Source of the DNA: an uncultured Acidobacteriota bacterium
Lineage (GTDB): Bacteria; Acidobacteriota; Terriglobia; UBA7540
NCBI GenBank assembly: GCA_963804995.1
Contig: CAWDSK010000002.1
Location: 192,001 to 256,000, forward strand
Direction: 5' to 3'
Length of the DNA stretch: 64,000 nt
The translations under genes and the position numbers were made by a program. Position 1 is the stretch's first letter; each line of letters starts with the position of its first letter. This document shows positions 39,237 to 48,069 of the stretch, one piece after another. The notes under the pieces were generated by a model that saw nothing but the letters and a program-made list of their open reading frames with translations, did no database searches and had not been told where the DNA came from.

Positions 39237-40208
39237 TCAGGCGCCGAGCAGGTGGGGAACTCGCAAAAGTTCGGCGTCCGTGGAGTCATTCGGGACGGAG
39301 CAACCCGGCGCGAGAATGAAGCGTTTACCGGCCTCTTTCCGGGCACTCTCATACTGCGAACGCAAGGTCTCAGGTGAGAGTGACCGGAAGCGATCCTCAT
39401 CCAGCCCCCCCATCAATACCCCGCTGCATTGTTTGCGCACGCTGCTGATGGGCACGCGCGTTCCTTGCACGGAATAGTTGATCACGCTAGCCGCCCACCC
39501 CTGGTAAAAGCGGTCGAGGTAGACTCTGTTGCCATGCAGATGCAGGGTGTTCAGAGGAGCCTCGGCCGTTGCCTTAAGGACCTGCCGGTCAAACGGCTCG
39601 CTGAACTTCGCGTAGTCGTCCTGTGAAAGGATGCCGTCCTGGGCGTTGGCAATCGCGAGGAAGATACCGCTCGCTCCCGCCTTGACCGCCCGCCGCGCGT
39701 GATTCGCTTCAGACTTGGCAATCACCTCCAGCGCATCGAGCAGGCGCTGGGGGTTCTCCTCCTTCATCCGCAGGACCTCCGGCGCGGAGATCAGGTTCTC
39801 AGCGACCTTCCAGGGGTTGAAGATGGTTTCCACGAAATAAGCCTGACGTCCAAGATTTTTGCCGATGGAGGTCAGGGCCTGGATTTGGGCGGGGAAAGGG
39901 TTGACTTCTTCCCGGAGGTCGTACCACGGGCCAGCGGGCTGGGGATAAGGGAAGTCGCTCATCACTTTGACCAGGTCAGTCCTGAACCGGGCATGGAAGT
40001 CCAAAGTTGCCTGGATAAAGCGCTCCGGTGGCTCCTTCTGGAGGCCGAAGTGGTGCCAGAAACTGAAGGGGGGGCGATCGACCTCACGGCCTTCGAGGGC
40101 ACGGTCAACCCGCTCGCGGCTGGACAGGCGCGTCTCCGCCGGAAGGTTTATTCCCGTGGCGAGAGAACCGGCAGCAACTGAAAGAAAACATCTCCTGCTG
40201 ATCTGCAT
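39237..40208 (-). CDS. UroD-like protein with Tat signal
   Basis: SRRCFL, RERVDRALEGREVDRPPFSFWHHF, RFILAPGCSVP. Confidence 0.8.
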   Translation of the reverse strand: MQISRRCFLSVAAGSLATGINLPAETRLSSRERVDRALEGREVDRPPFSFWHHFGLQKEPPERFIQATLDFHARFRTDLVKVMSDFPYPQPAGPWYDLREEVNPFPAQIQALTSIGKNLGRQAYFVETIFNPWKVAENLISAPEVLRMKEENPQRLLDALEVIAKSEANHARRAVKAGASGIFLAIANAQDGILSQDDYAKFSEPFDRQVLKATAEAPLNTLHLHGNRVYLDRFYQGWAASVINYSVQGTRVPISSVRKQCSGVLMGGLDEDRFRSLSPETLRSQYESARKEAGKRFILAPGCSVPNDSTDAELLRVPHLLGA

Positions 40209-40227
40209 GGTAGCTCCAAAGCCGGAA

Positions 40228-40638
40228 TTAACGTTTCACAAATTTCCGCGGCCTCTTCCCGTCAGCCGTTTTACGGCGCGGCGTGGTCGCGTCTTGTCGT
40301 GCTGCCACTGGGTGTTTGGGCTGGTATAGGCCGAGCCGGCCGCCTCCGGGCAGGGTCAAGTGCGTCAACAAGCCCCAGCCCAGGTCCGCCACCGGATCAC
40401 ATTTGACCTTTTGCTTTGCCAAGGTTTGAAGGGTGGCGGCGACGTTGTCACAAGTGAGGTAGATCTCGTGCTTGCCGTTCTCGTCCGCGGGGTGGAAGGC
40501 GATTTCGGCGGGTGGCAAGGCGAAGATGAGCCATCCTTGGCCTGCATCCACCCAGGGAAAGGCCAGAACGTCACGGAAGAAAGCGCGATCCGCTTCCGCA
40601 TCCGCACTGTAAATAATCATGTGTGCACCGGAAATCAT
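40228..40638 (-). CDS. VOC/glyoxalase family protein
   Basis: MISGAHMIIYSADAEADRAFFRDVL...LGLYQPKHP. Confidence 0.85.
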   Translation of the reverse strand: MISGAHMIIYSADAEADRAFFRDVLAFPWVDAGQGWLIFALPPAEIAFHPADENGKHEIYLTCDNVAATLQTLAKQKVKCDPVADLGWGLLTHLTLPGGGRLGLYQPKHPVAARQDATTPRRKTADGKRPRKFVKR

Positions 40639-40865
40639 GGTCCACCTCATGGGGGCAGTATCGCATAGATGAGGACTTATGGGCAGACCGTACAGGCGGG
40701 CGCAGAGGGGTCGCCTTTTAGCGCCGGAGGGCATTACTTTCGTACTATTGCAATCAGAGGCGATCGGGTATACTTTATGTGCCGATGCTCAATCGGGGAC
40801 ATGCCGAATCGCAAACTCGCCATGGGCAAATGTCCAAATAGCTTGAACAGAGAGGACGGTGGGCT

Positions 40866-40994
40866 ATGAATAAGAGCGATGCTGAGTTGAAGGACCAAAC
40901 GAAACCGGCGGCGAACGAGGGTCTGAAGGATGAAGATCTGAAGGAAGTGACCGGGGGATTCAATCCCCAGCCTGACCCCCCCGGAAGATCCTAA
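40866..40994 (+). CDS. 42-aa peptide with double-glycine-type leader (RiPP/bacteriocin/signal precursor candidate)
   Basis: Manual translation MNKSDAELKDQTKPAANEGLKDEDLKEVTGG|FNPQPDPPGRS; GAGAGGA RBS-like sequence upstream. Confidence 0.65.
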   Translation: MNKSDAELKDQTKPAANEGLKDEDLKEVTGGFNPQPDPPGRS

Positions 40995-41378
40995 CCCGGG
41001 TTGGAAGCTAATGATTGTCTCGGGTTTTAGCTTGCCTAAATCCCCATCAATGTGCACCGGGGCCCTGTTTCGACAACCATCCAGGGCCCCAGTGCTTCCT
41101 GCCCTCGGCTTTCGGATTATTTAGGCTGCGGCGCGGTAGCTACCTGCATTGCAATACCGTAATTTCTTTTTTTTTAGCAAGAATATTGTGCTACTTCCCG
41201 AAAGTGACCCCTCACCCGTCCCGCCCCGGCTGATGAAAACGCCGGCCGCGGTCCACCCTCTCCCCTGCGGAGAGGGCTATGATTCTCTCTTGGTTGCGGC
41301 ATCGCCGCCCTGCGCTGCTTGAAGAACCGCCCCGGTGAATCGGGCGCTACGCACCGAGCGAGGGATTCCCAGCGGATC

Positions 41379-41909
41379 TCAGCTTGCCGCGCGCGGGGAC
41401 ACGGCCGCGATGGGCTGTGGGGTCAAGGTCGTCTTCACACGTTCCGGTTCTTGCAAGCCTTCTCGCAGGATCTCGATCTTACCCTTAAAATACGCGCCGT
41501 CTTCGATGGAGATTCCGGGAGCAATCAGGTCACCCACCACGTGTCCGGATTTGTAGATTTCGACCCGCTCTTTTACGGAGATGTTGCCATGCACGGTGCC
41601 GTAAATGACTACCCGGGCGGCCTGAATCTCCGCTTTCACTTTGCCCTCCGGCCCGACAGTAAGGCAATGCCCCTGCAAGTTGATCGTGCCTTCGAACTGG
41701 CCGGAGATCACCAGGTCCTCATTTCCCGACAAATCTCCTTTGACCACTAGAGAACGGCCCAACTGGGTCCGCCCTGAGTCAGCAGGAATGCTCACGGGAA
41801 CCTTCATTGGTTCTACCATAGGTTTTACCTCAAGGGGTTTCTCAGGCGGAACCAGGACCGGCGCCTGAGTTTGCCGGACCACGGTCACCGGTTTCTTTTC
41901 CCAAAACAT
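41379..41909 (-). CDS. Bactofilin (polymer-forming cytoskeletal protein)
   Basis: LGRSLVVKGDLSGNEDLVISGQFEG...ISIEDGAYFKG. Confidence 0.9.
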   Translation of the reverse strand: MFWEKKPVTVVRQTQAPVLVPPEKPLEVKPMVEPMKVPVSIPADSGRTQLGRSLVVKGDLSGNEDLVISGQFEGTINLQGHCLTVGPEGKVKAEIQAARVVIYGTVHGNISVKERVEIYKSGHVVGDLIAPGISIEDGAYFKGKIEILREGLQEPERVKTTLTPQPIAAVSPRAAS

Positions 41910-42372
41910 GACAAGTTCCGCTTTATGCGCCTGAGTTCCAGCCCTTTCGCCCTTTTCTTGCCCGCCGCTGAGACTCGGTACCGTGCGCACACTTCCCTTC
42001 TTTGCGGATTGTGACCTGCGCCTGAGGCGGGAATTACTGCACGTTCGCTGCCAGGTGCACGCAATACTAACTGTAAGGTAGTCAGCAGGTTGAATTGCAG
42101 GGCCGCCGGGTGCTGCACTCCGGTCTGGAAGATGTTTCCTGGCGCGAGCAGATTTTTCCTGGTGCTGACGCGTGGCTTCCGCACTTGCGAAGCGACCCCT
42201 CACAAAACGTGGGGCGCCCTCCCCCCCGGCTGGTGAAAACGCCGGCGGCGGTCCGCCCTCTCCCCTCGGAGAGGGCTATGAATTCAGTTTCTATCCCTCG
42301 GGGGGGTGAGAAGGATGCCTCTTTTCCATCCGCAAGAGGTGGCGCACCAAGCGATTCCCCGCCGGGCATGTC

Positions 42373-42399
42373 GTAGGGGCGGTTCGCGAACCGCCCTAG
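42373..42399. repeat. REP hairpin GTAGGGGCGGTTCGCGAACCGCCCTA
   Basis: GTAG plus palindrome. Confidence 0.65.
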
Positions 42400-42557
42400 T
42401 CAAGAATCGCGCGAAATTTCACCCCCTCCCGCCCTTCGAGACCTAAAGGGGCCTGGGTGAAGCGTCATAAACAGAATTTATCCTGAAGAGTGATATTATT
42501 TATTTATAACTATTGACATCTTTAGTTATGATGGGGTCTGTCATGAGGAGGTCAAGA

Positions 42558-42959
42558 ATGAAATTGCATTTCCCTAGAACCATTCTCCTTGCCGCGTTAT
42601 TGTTCGCCTGCCCGATGCTCATGGTCTCCGAGGAGCCGTTCACGAGTGAGCCCAAACTATCTCAAAGCGAGGCAGAGTCCCTGGTGAAAAACTTGGCCGC
42701 GCAGGAGGAAGAGTTGGAACAGTCGTGCCGGCGTATCGCCGCGACCTATCGAGAGATGGCGGCGCCTTCGCCCTCTGATTCAGCCTCGATGCGGGAACTG
42801 AAACGTCAGTATGAGCGTCTGGCTGACAACGAAGAAAAGGCGGCCTCGGCGGCGAAGCGCATGGCCACGTATCATGCCCGGTTGGCGGTTCTGATCAGCC
42901 ATTCTTCGGATGTGACGAAGACCAGGAACTTATTGGGAGATGCCGCCTATCGGCGCTGA
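42558..42959 (+). CDS. Secreted helical hypothetical protein
   Basis: GAGGAGG RBS, signal peptide, coiled-coil-like sequence. Confidence 0.6.
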   Translation: MKLHFPRTILLAALLFACPMLMVSEEPFTSEPKLSQSEAESLVKNLAAQEEELEQSCRRIAATYREMAAPSPSDSASMRELKRQYERLADNEEKAASAAKRMATYHARLAVLISHSSDVTKTRNLLGDAAYRR

Positions 42960-43184
42960 GTACTGAAAGACCTTCCCGGCGCTTTCTGGAGTGCCGCCCT
43001 GTCCTTTCCGATTCGATCTTCGCGCTAGAGGCCTCCCCCGGCTTCCCGCCGCAGCTTCCGTAAAACCCCACAACGCAGAAGCTGTGAAAATATCCCGTTG
43101 TAGCGGTGGTCTCCGACCGCCGAATTGGCTGATTCTCAAAGCCGGCGGTCGGAGACCGCCGCCTGGCCTTTGGCCTTTTGCAGT

Positions 43185-44633
43185 TCAAGCATTGGCGTAG
43201 CAGAGGGCGGAGGCGAGGGGGAAGGTACAATTCTGGGGCTTCGTTGTAGAGGGTTGGGGAGGCGCGAAGCCGGAGAAATGATCGAGACCCAGTCCCCGGC
43301 CCCAGACCTCGGCGCGCAGTTGATGGATGGCGTGTTGGGTGGAGATGCGGGCAGTGGGGGCAGCGTGGATCCACTTGGGGCGCGGCAGCAGGCCGTGGCG
43401 GGTACGGGCGAAGGCGCGATGGGTAGCGAGGAGCAAGAGGGCATAGGCGGCCACGGTGAAGGCGGGGGCAGACTCGACCGAATGGGGGGAGCGGACCTGG
43501 GCTTGGCCCACTCCCAGCAGAGTTTTTTCATCGCGGAAATTAACTTCAATGTCCCAGCGTTGGAAGTAAGTTGTGATGAGGAGTTGGGGGTCGAGGTTTT
43601 CGTCGGTGCAGAGGAGGAAGGCGGGTTGGCGATAGAGCAGCTTGGAACCTTGGCGCAGACGATAGGCGAGCGGCGCGATGACGACAAGTTGCAGGAATTG
43701 GTGGGCGCCGGCGGCACGCCACAGGAGGCCGGTGCGGCGCTTGAAGCGGAGTTGATGGGGAATGCCGTGATGGGTAAAGGTCAAGGTCTGCCAGGGAGCA
43801 TCGTCGGTGCGGACCTGCTCGGGAGTGGGAGCGGGAGGCCCGTAGCAGAGACGGCGACCGCGCGCCTTTTGGGTTTGGGGATCGGGCCGGAACAGCAACT
43901 GAGCATCTTTGCGGAGCCGGCCGATGGCGGTGGTATGGGGAGGAAGGCGTTTGAGGACGGTGCGGTTGGTGTATCCGCCATCGAAGGCGACGAGGAGAAG
44001 GCGCGAAGCGGAGGCGGGATCGGAGTCAAGGGCCGCACGCAGATCGTGGATCTGTTCGCTGGCGCGTTGACCGAGGCGGGCAGCGCGCGCTTGGGTGCGG
44101 TACTGCTGCTGCTCGGCGGCGGGGGCCTGCCGGGAAGGCTTGCGGGGCGTGGGGGCATGGCGGAAAGCAATGGGGAGCAAGCGGCAGGAGCCGTCGGGAG
44201 TGGGGAGCGCGAGGGAGGTTTGAAGAAAACGCTGGGCGCGCACGAAGTTGGTTTGAAAGCGCGGGCCCAGCGGGTCGCGGCGCCAAGCCACCCCGGGAGT
44301 GCGCCGACCGGAACGACGCAACAGCGAGTCATCGAGGAGGGCGCAGACGGGAGCGCCGGGTGCGAGTTCGCTCACCACCGCGCGGCGCACCACGGAGAAG
44401 AGCGCCTCAACCCGCAGACGGTGCTGGGAGAAGAGCCGGTAACTGGAGGTCCAGTCACGGAACTGCAGGCCGCAAGTGGTGAGCAGACCGGTCACGGTAT
44501 GGCGTCCCAGACAAAGCAAGGTGCTCAGCGCGAGGGCTTGGGCGTGCGCGGCAACGCGGCGCTGGCGGAAGCCCGGGAAACATTGGCTCCAGAGTTGTTC
44601 GAGTTCGGCGAGGACGCCGGTAGAGTTTTTTTT
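43185..44633 (-). CDS. DDE transposase (ORF B)
   Basis: LLDDSLLRRSG, AFDGGY, YFQRWDIEVNFRDEK; the true start is probably reached by frameshift from ORF A. Confidence 0.85.
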   Translation of the reverse strand, partial: KKNSTGVLAELEQLWSQCFPGFRQRRVAAHAQALALSTLLCLGRHTVTGLLTTCGLQFRDWTSSYRLFSQHRLRVEALFSVVRRAVVSELAPGAPVCALLDDSLLRRSGRRTPGVAWRRDPLGPRFQTNFVRAQRFLQTSLALPTPDGSCRLLPIAFRHAPTPRKPSRQAPAAEQQQYRTQARAARLGQRASEQIHDLRAALDSDPASASRLLLVAFDGGYTNRTVLKRLPPHTTAIGRLRKDAQLLFRPDPQTQKARGRRLCYGPPAPTPEQVRTDDAPWQTLTFTHHGIPHQLRFKRRTGLLWRAAGAHQFLQLVVIAPLAYRLRQGSKLLYRQPAFLLCTDENLDPQLLITTYFQRWDIEVNFRDEKTLLGVGQAQVRSPHSVESAPAFTVAAYALLLLATHRAFARTRHGLLPRPKWIHAAPTARISTQHAIHQLRAEVWGRGLGLDHFSGFAPPQPSTTKPQNCTFPLASALCYANA

Positions 44634-44812
44634 AGCACGGAAGGCGGCGGCGAGGCTCGTCGCAGGGCCAGCAGACCTTTGTTTTCGACGAACCATTCGA
44701 CCGATTCGCCGCGCGCAAACTCCATGGCTTGGGCGAGGGCGGAAGGAAAGTTGATGTACCACTGCTCGCTCGCCTGGCGTTTGATAAGCTGTACTTTGGT
44801 AGGGAACCCCAT
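44525..44812 (-). CDS. IS ORF A (possible AbrB-like DNA-binding domain)
   Basis: MGFPTKVQLIKR..QWYINFPSALAQAM..GESVEW; overlaps the transposase at an A8 run. Confidence 0.65.
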   Translation of the reverse strand: MGFPTKVQLIKRQASEQWYINFPSALAQAMEFARGESVEWFVENKGLLALRRASPPPSVLKKTLPASSPNSNNSGANVSRASASAALPRTPKPSR

Positions 44813-45062
44813 GAGAAAAGCCTCCTTGAGGAATATCTAGTCATATAACTAGATATCAGAAGACTGGCTTTTCTGCAAGTAAATACTTTCCGACAGCCTT
44901 TATCTAGTTAAAGGCCAAAGTCCAGCCGGCGGTCGGAGACCGCCGCTACAGCTCGCGACAGCGATTTTTTCACAGCTCCTCAGCCATTGACCTGTGATAA
45001 GAAAGGTGGCGGAAGGGCGGATTTTCGATTTCCTTCATCGCCGCATTCTTCAGAAGGAATCC

Positions 45063-47366
45063 ATGCAAGCCACGGAAGTTGCAACGGAACAATACGGCCC
45101 CGGTCGCTACGCCGTCCCCACTTGGCCGGCGCGTGTGGAAAGTTTGCGTGCCGCCACAATACTGGGGGCGCTGATGGTTGCCACGATGCTCGCACCCGGC
45201 CGGGCCCAGGCGGAGGATACGATGGGCGCTCGGCCGGTGCGTTATCTCGCCAATTTGCGCGTGTGGGTACTCACTACCGAACACGCCTCCTATGTGATGG
45301 GGCTCAATGAACACGACGAACTGCAATCCCTCTATTGGGGCGGGAAGCTCGGAAGCGACCAGGACCTTTCCGCGGCGCGCCTCTCCCCTGGACGCGCCTC
45401 CTTTGATTCCCAGGAAACCATGAGCAATCTGGAATACCCCGGATGGGGCGGGCGGTATTACAACGAGCCCGCCTTGAAGGTGACGCTAGCCTCAGGCATG
45501 CGCGACCTGGTATTGAAATACTCGAGTCACGAGATCCGCGGTGACACGCTGGAAATCCGTCTGAAGGATATTCAGTATGACTTATTTCTAAAACTCACCT
45601 ACCAGATCTTTCCTAAAGAAGACATCATCCGCAAGCAGGCGGAAATTGAGAATCGCACGCCGCAGGTTGTCACCCTGGAGAGCGCGCAGTCCGGCGTCTG
45701 GTACGTGCCCGCCGGCGAGGGCTACCGGCTTAGCTATCTCACCGGGCGCTGGGCGAATGAAACCCAACTGGTGCAGGAACCCCTGCATCCCGGGGCGAAG
45801 GTGCTGGAAAGCCGCCGCGGCAACACCAGCCACCAATTGAATCCGTGGTTCGCCATCGACGAGAGGGGGGAGGCTGACGAGGAACATGGCCGCGTGTGGT
45901 TCGGCGCCCTGGGCTGGAGCGGCAATTGGAAACTGGTGGTGGAAGACACGCCCGGCGCCCACCAGGTGCGGGTGACCGGCGGTTACAACGACTTCGACTT
46001 TTCCTGGCCGCTCAGGCCGGGCGAAAGCCTCAGCACGCCGCCTTACTACGGTGGCTTCAGCAATCGCGGGTTCGGCGAAGCCTCGCGGCTGATGCATCGC
46101 CTGGAGCGCAACGAAATCCTTCCCGACCGCGCGCATCCGCAGGTGCGGCCGGTGCTTTACAACTCCTGGGGGGCCACCACGTTCAATGTGGACGAGCCGG
46201 GGCAAAAGGCCCTGGCGGAGAAGGCCGCCAAGCTCGGCGTGGAGCTTTTCGTGATGGACGACGGCTGGTTCGGCAAGCGCAACGATGACCACGCCGGGCT
46301 GGGCGATTGGTACGTGAATCCGCAAAAATTCCCCCAGGGCCTCGGGCCGCTCATCAGCTATGTGAACGGCCTGGGCATGGATTTCGGTCTGTGGTTCGAA
46401 CCGGAAATGGTAAACCCGGACAGCGACCTCTATCGACGTCACCCCGACTGGGCGATGAACTTTCCGGGACGCCCGCGCAGCGAGGCTCGCAACCAACTTG
46501 TCCTGAACATGGCGCGCCAGGATGTGAAGGATTACATCTTCGGCGTGCTCGACAAAATGCTTTCCGAGAACAACATCAAGTACATCAAGTGGGATATGAA
46601 CCGCCACTTTGGTGAGCCGGGCTGGGCGGAAGTTCCCCTGGCGGAGCAGAAGGAAATCTGGGTGAAGTACGTTCGCAACGTGTATGAGATTATCGACCGC
46701 TTGCGCTCGAAGCACCCCCACCTCGATATCGAGGCGTGTTCGGGAGGCGGCGGGCGCGTGGACCTCGGGATTCTGGAACGTGTCAACATCGTGTGGACTT
46801 CCGACAATACGGAGGCCTTCGATCGCCTGGGAATCCAGGAGGGCTTCAGCTACGCCTATACGCCCAAGATCATGTCAGCTTGGGTGACCGATGTTCCGAA
46901 TCTGAACGGACGTTCGACGCCGCTTAAATACCGTTTCCTCGTGGCCATGCAGGGAGCGCTGGGTATCGGAGCCAATCTGAACAAGTGGACAGCCGAGGAT
47001 TCTGCTCTTGCCACGCGAATGGTCACGACCTACAAGAGCATCCGCAAAACGGTGCAGGAAGGTGACCTCTACCGCTTGTTTTCTCCCCGCCAGAAAGAGC
47101 TGACTGCGAATCAATACGTTTCCGCGGACGGTAAGCAGGCGGTTCTGTTCGCATTCCTCCACTCCCAGCAGTACCTGCGCCCGGCTGCCACTGTCTGTCT
47201 GCGCGGACTTGATGAAAACGCGCGGTACCAGGTCAAGCGGCTTGATGACAAGCTGGTGGAAAAGCAGGAGGTTTTAAGCGGCGCCTTCCTGATGCGCCAC
47301 GGATTGAATCTGAATCTCACCGGAGACTACGACAGCACCCTGGTCATTCTGGAGCGGATGGAGTAG
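45063..47366 (+). CDS. Alpha-galactosidase, GH36
   Basis: LYNSWGA, FVMDDGWFG, FGLWFEPEMV, KWDMNR, CSGGGGRVD, WTSDNT. Confidence 0.92.
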   Translation: MQATEVATEQYGPGRYAVPTWPARVESLRAATILGALMVATMLAPGRAQAEDTMGARPVRYLANLRVWVLTTEHASYVMGLNEHDELQSLYWGGKLGSDQDLSAARLSPGRASFDSQETMSNLEYPGWGGRYYNEPALKVTLASGMRDLVLKYSSHEIRGDTLEIRLKDIQYDLFLKLTYQIFPKEDIIRKQAEIENRTPQVVTLESAQSGVWYVPAGEGYRLSYLTGRWANETQLVQEPLHPGAKVLESRRGNTSHQLNPWFAIDERGEADEEHGRVWFGALGWSGNWKLVVEDTPGAHQVRVTGGYNDFDFSWPLRPGESLSTPPYYGGFSNRGFGEASRLMHRLERNEILPDRAHPQVRPVLYNSWGATTFNVDEPGQKALAEKAAKLGVELFVMDDGWFGKRNDDHAGLGDWYVNPQKFPQGLGPLISYVNGLGMDFGLWFEPEMVNPDSDLYRRHPDWAMNFPGRPRSEARNQLVLNMARQDVKDYIFGVLDKMLSENNIKYIKWDMNRHFGEPGWAEVPLAEQKEIWVKYVRNVYEIIDRLRSKHPHLDIEACSGGGGRVDLGILERVNIVWTSDNTEAFDRLGIQEGFSYAYTPKIMSAWVTDVPNLNGRSTPLKYRFLVAMQGALGIGANLNKWTAEDSALATRMVTTYKSIRKTVQEGDLYRLFSPRQKELTANQYVSADGKQAVLFAFLHSQQYLRPAATVCLRGLDENARYQVKRLDDKLVEKQEVLSGAFLMRHGLNLNLTGDYDSTLVILERME

Positions 47367-47563
47367 CGGGGCCCACTGGCTCGCCAAGCGCACCTGAAAC
47401 TTAACCCGCACTTCCGCCCCTTGAGCCAAATCAATTCCCGCGAGCGTTTCTCATTGACTAAGGGCCGTGGCGGGTGCAGAATTTTCATTGGGGCTGTCAG
47501 GAAAGCACATAATTCAAGTTTGCGGTAACCAGCGTTTCCGCAGGTCAGGCTAGCGCCACAATC

Positions 47564-48004
47564 ATGCAAAACAAAAAGTGGAAATTCGGGATAGGTATCG
47601 GCATTATTCTCGCTGTAGTGGCTTGGGAAGCTGTTTCCGGGTTCCAGCAGAGCAAAACCTACTATGTGACGGTTAATGAACTCACCCAGGGGCAGAGTTC
47701 GCGGCGCCACATCCGCGTGGGGGGCGTGGTGACGGAGGGATCGATTGAGCGCCGGGGCGGACAAGTCACTTTTCGTCTCGCTCAGGATGCTAAATCTATT
47801 CCCGTGACCTACGTGGGGTCTGACACCCTGCCGGATACCTTCAAAGGCGGCGCGCAGGCGATTGTGGACGGCGATTACCAGGCCGACGGGGGATTCCGCG
47901 CCGAAAAAATCCAGGCCAAGTGCGCCTCCAAGTATCAAGCCGCGCCGGGTTCCCGGGGACCCGATAACAAGAGCCCCGTCGCCCGGATGAACGGCTCGAC
48001 CTAA
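47564..48004 (+). CDS. ccmE: Heme chaperone CcmE (CxxxY variant)
   Basis: IRVGGVV, LPDTFK, AKCASKY. Confidence 0.9.
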   Translation: MQNKKWKFGIGIGIILAVVAWEAVSGFQQSKTYYVTVNELTQGQSSRRHIRVGGVVTEGSIERRGGQVTFRLAQDAKSIPVTYVGSDTLPDTFKGGAQAIVDGDYQADGGFRAEKIQAKCASKYQAAPGSRGPDNKSPVARMNGST

Positions 48005-48069
48005 ACTTCAGGGTGTAGTACCGCAGTTCGCGTGCGGCCTCCATTCCCGCAATCTTTCTCGGAGTTTCT

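Larger units (their letters stand above)
43163..44925 (-). mobile_element. IS4-superfamily (IS701-like) insertion sequence inserted in a REP
   Basis: TIRs CTGGCCTTTGGCCTTT / AAAGGCCAAAGTCCAG; flanking 21-bp direct repeat CCGGCGGTCGGAGACCGCCGC (43142-43162, 44926-44946). Confidence 0.85.

Noticed and set aside
43125..44840. 571-aa plus-strand ORF
   Set aside because: It is antisense to the transposase in GC-rich DNA and has no recognisable motifs, so it is treated as a shadow ORF.
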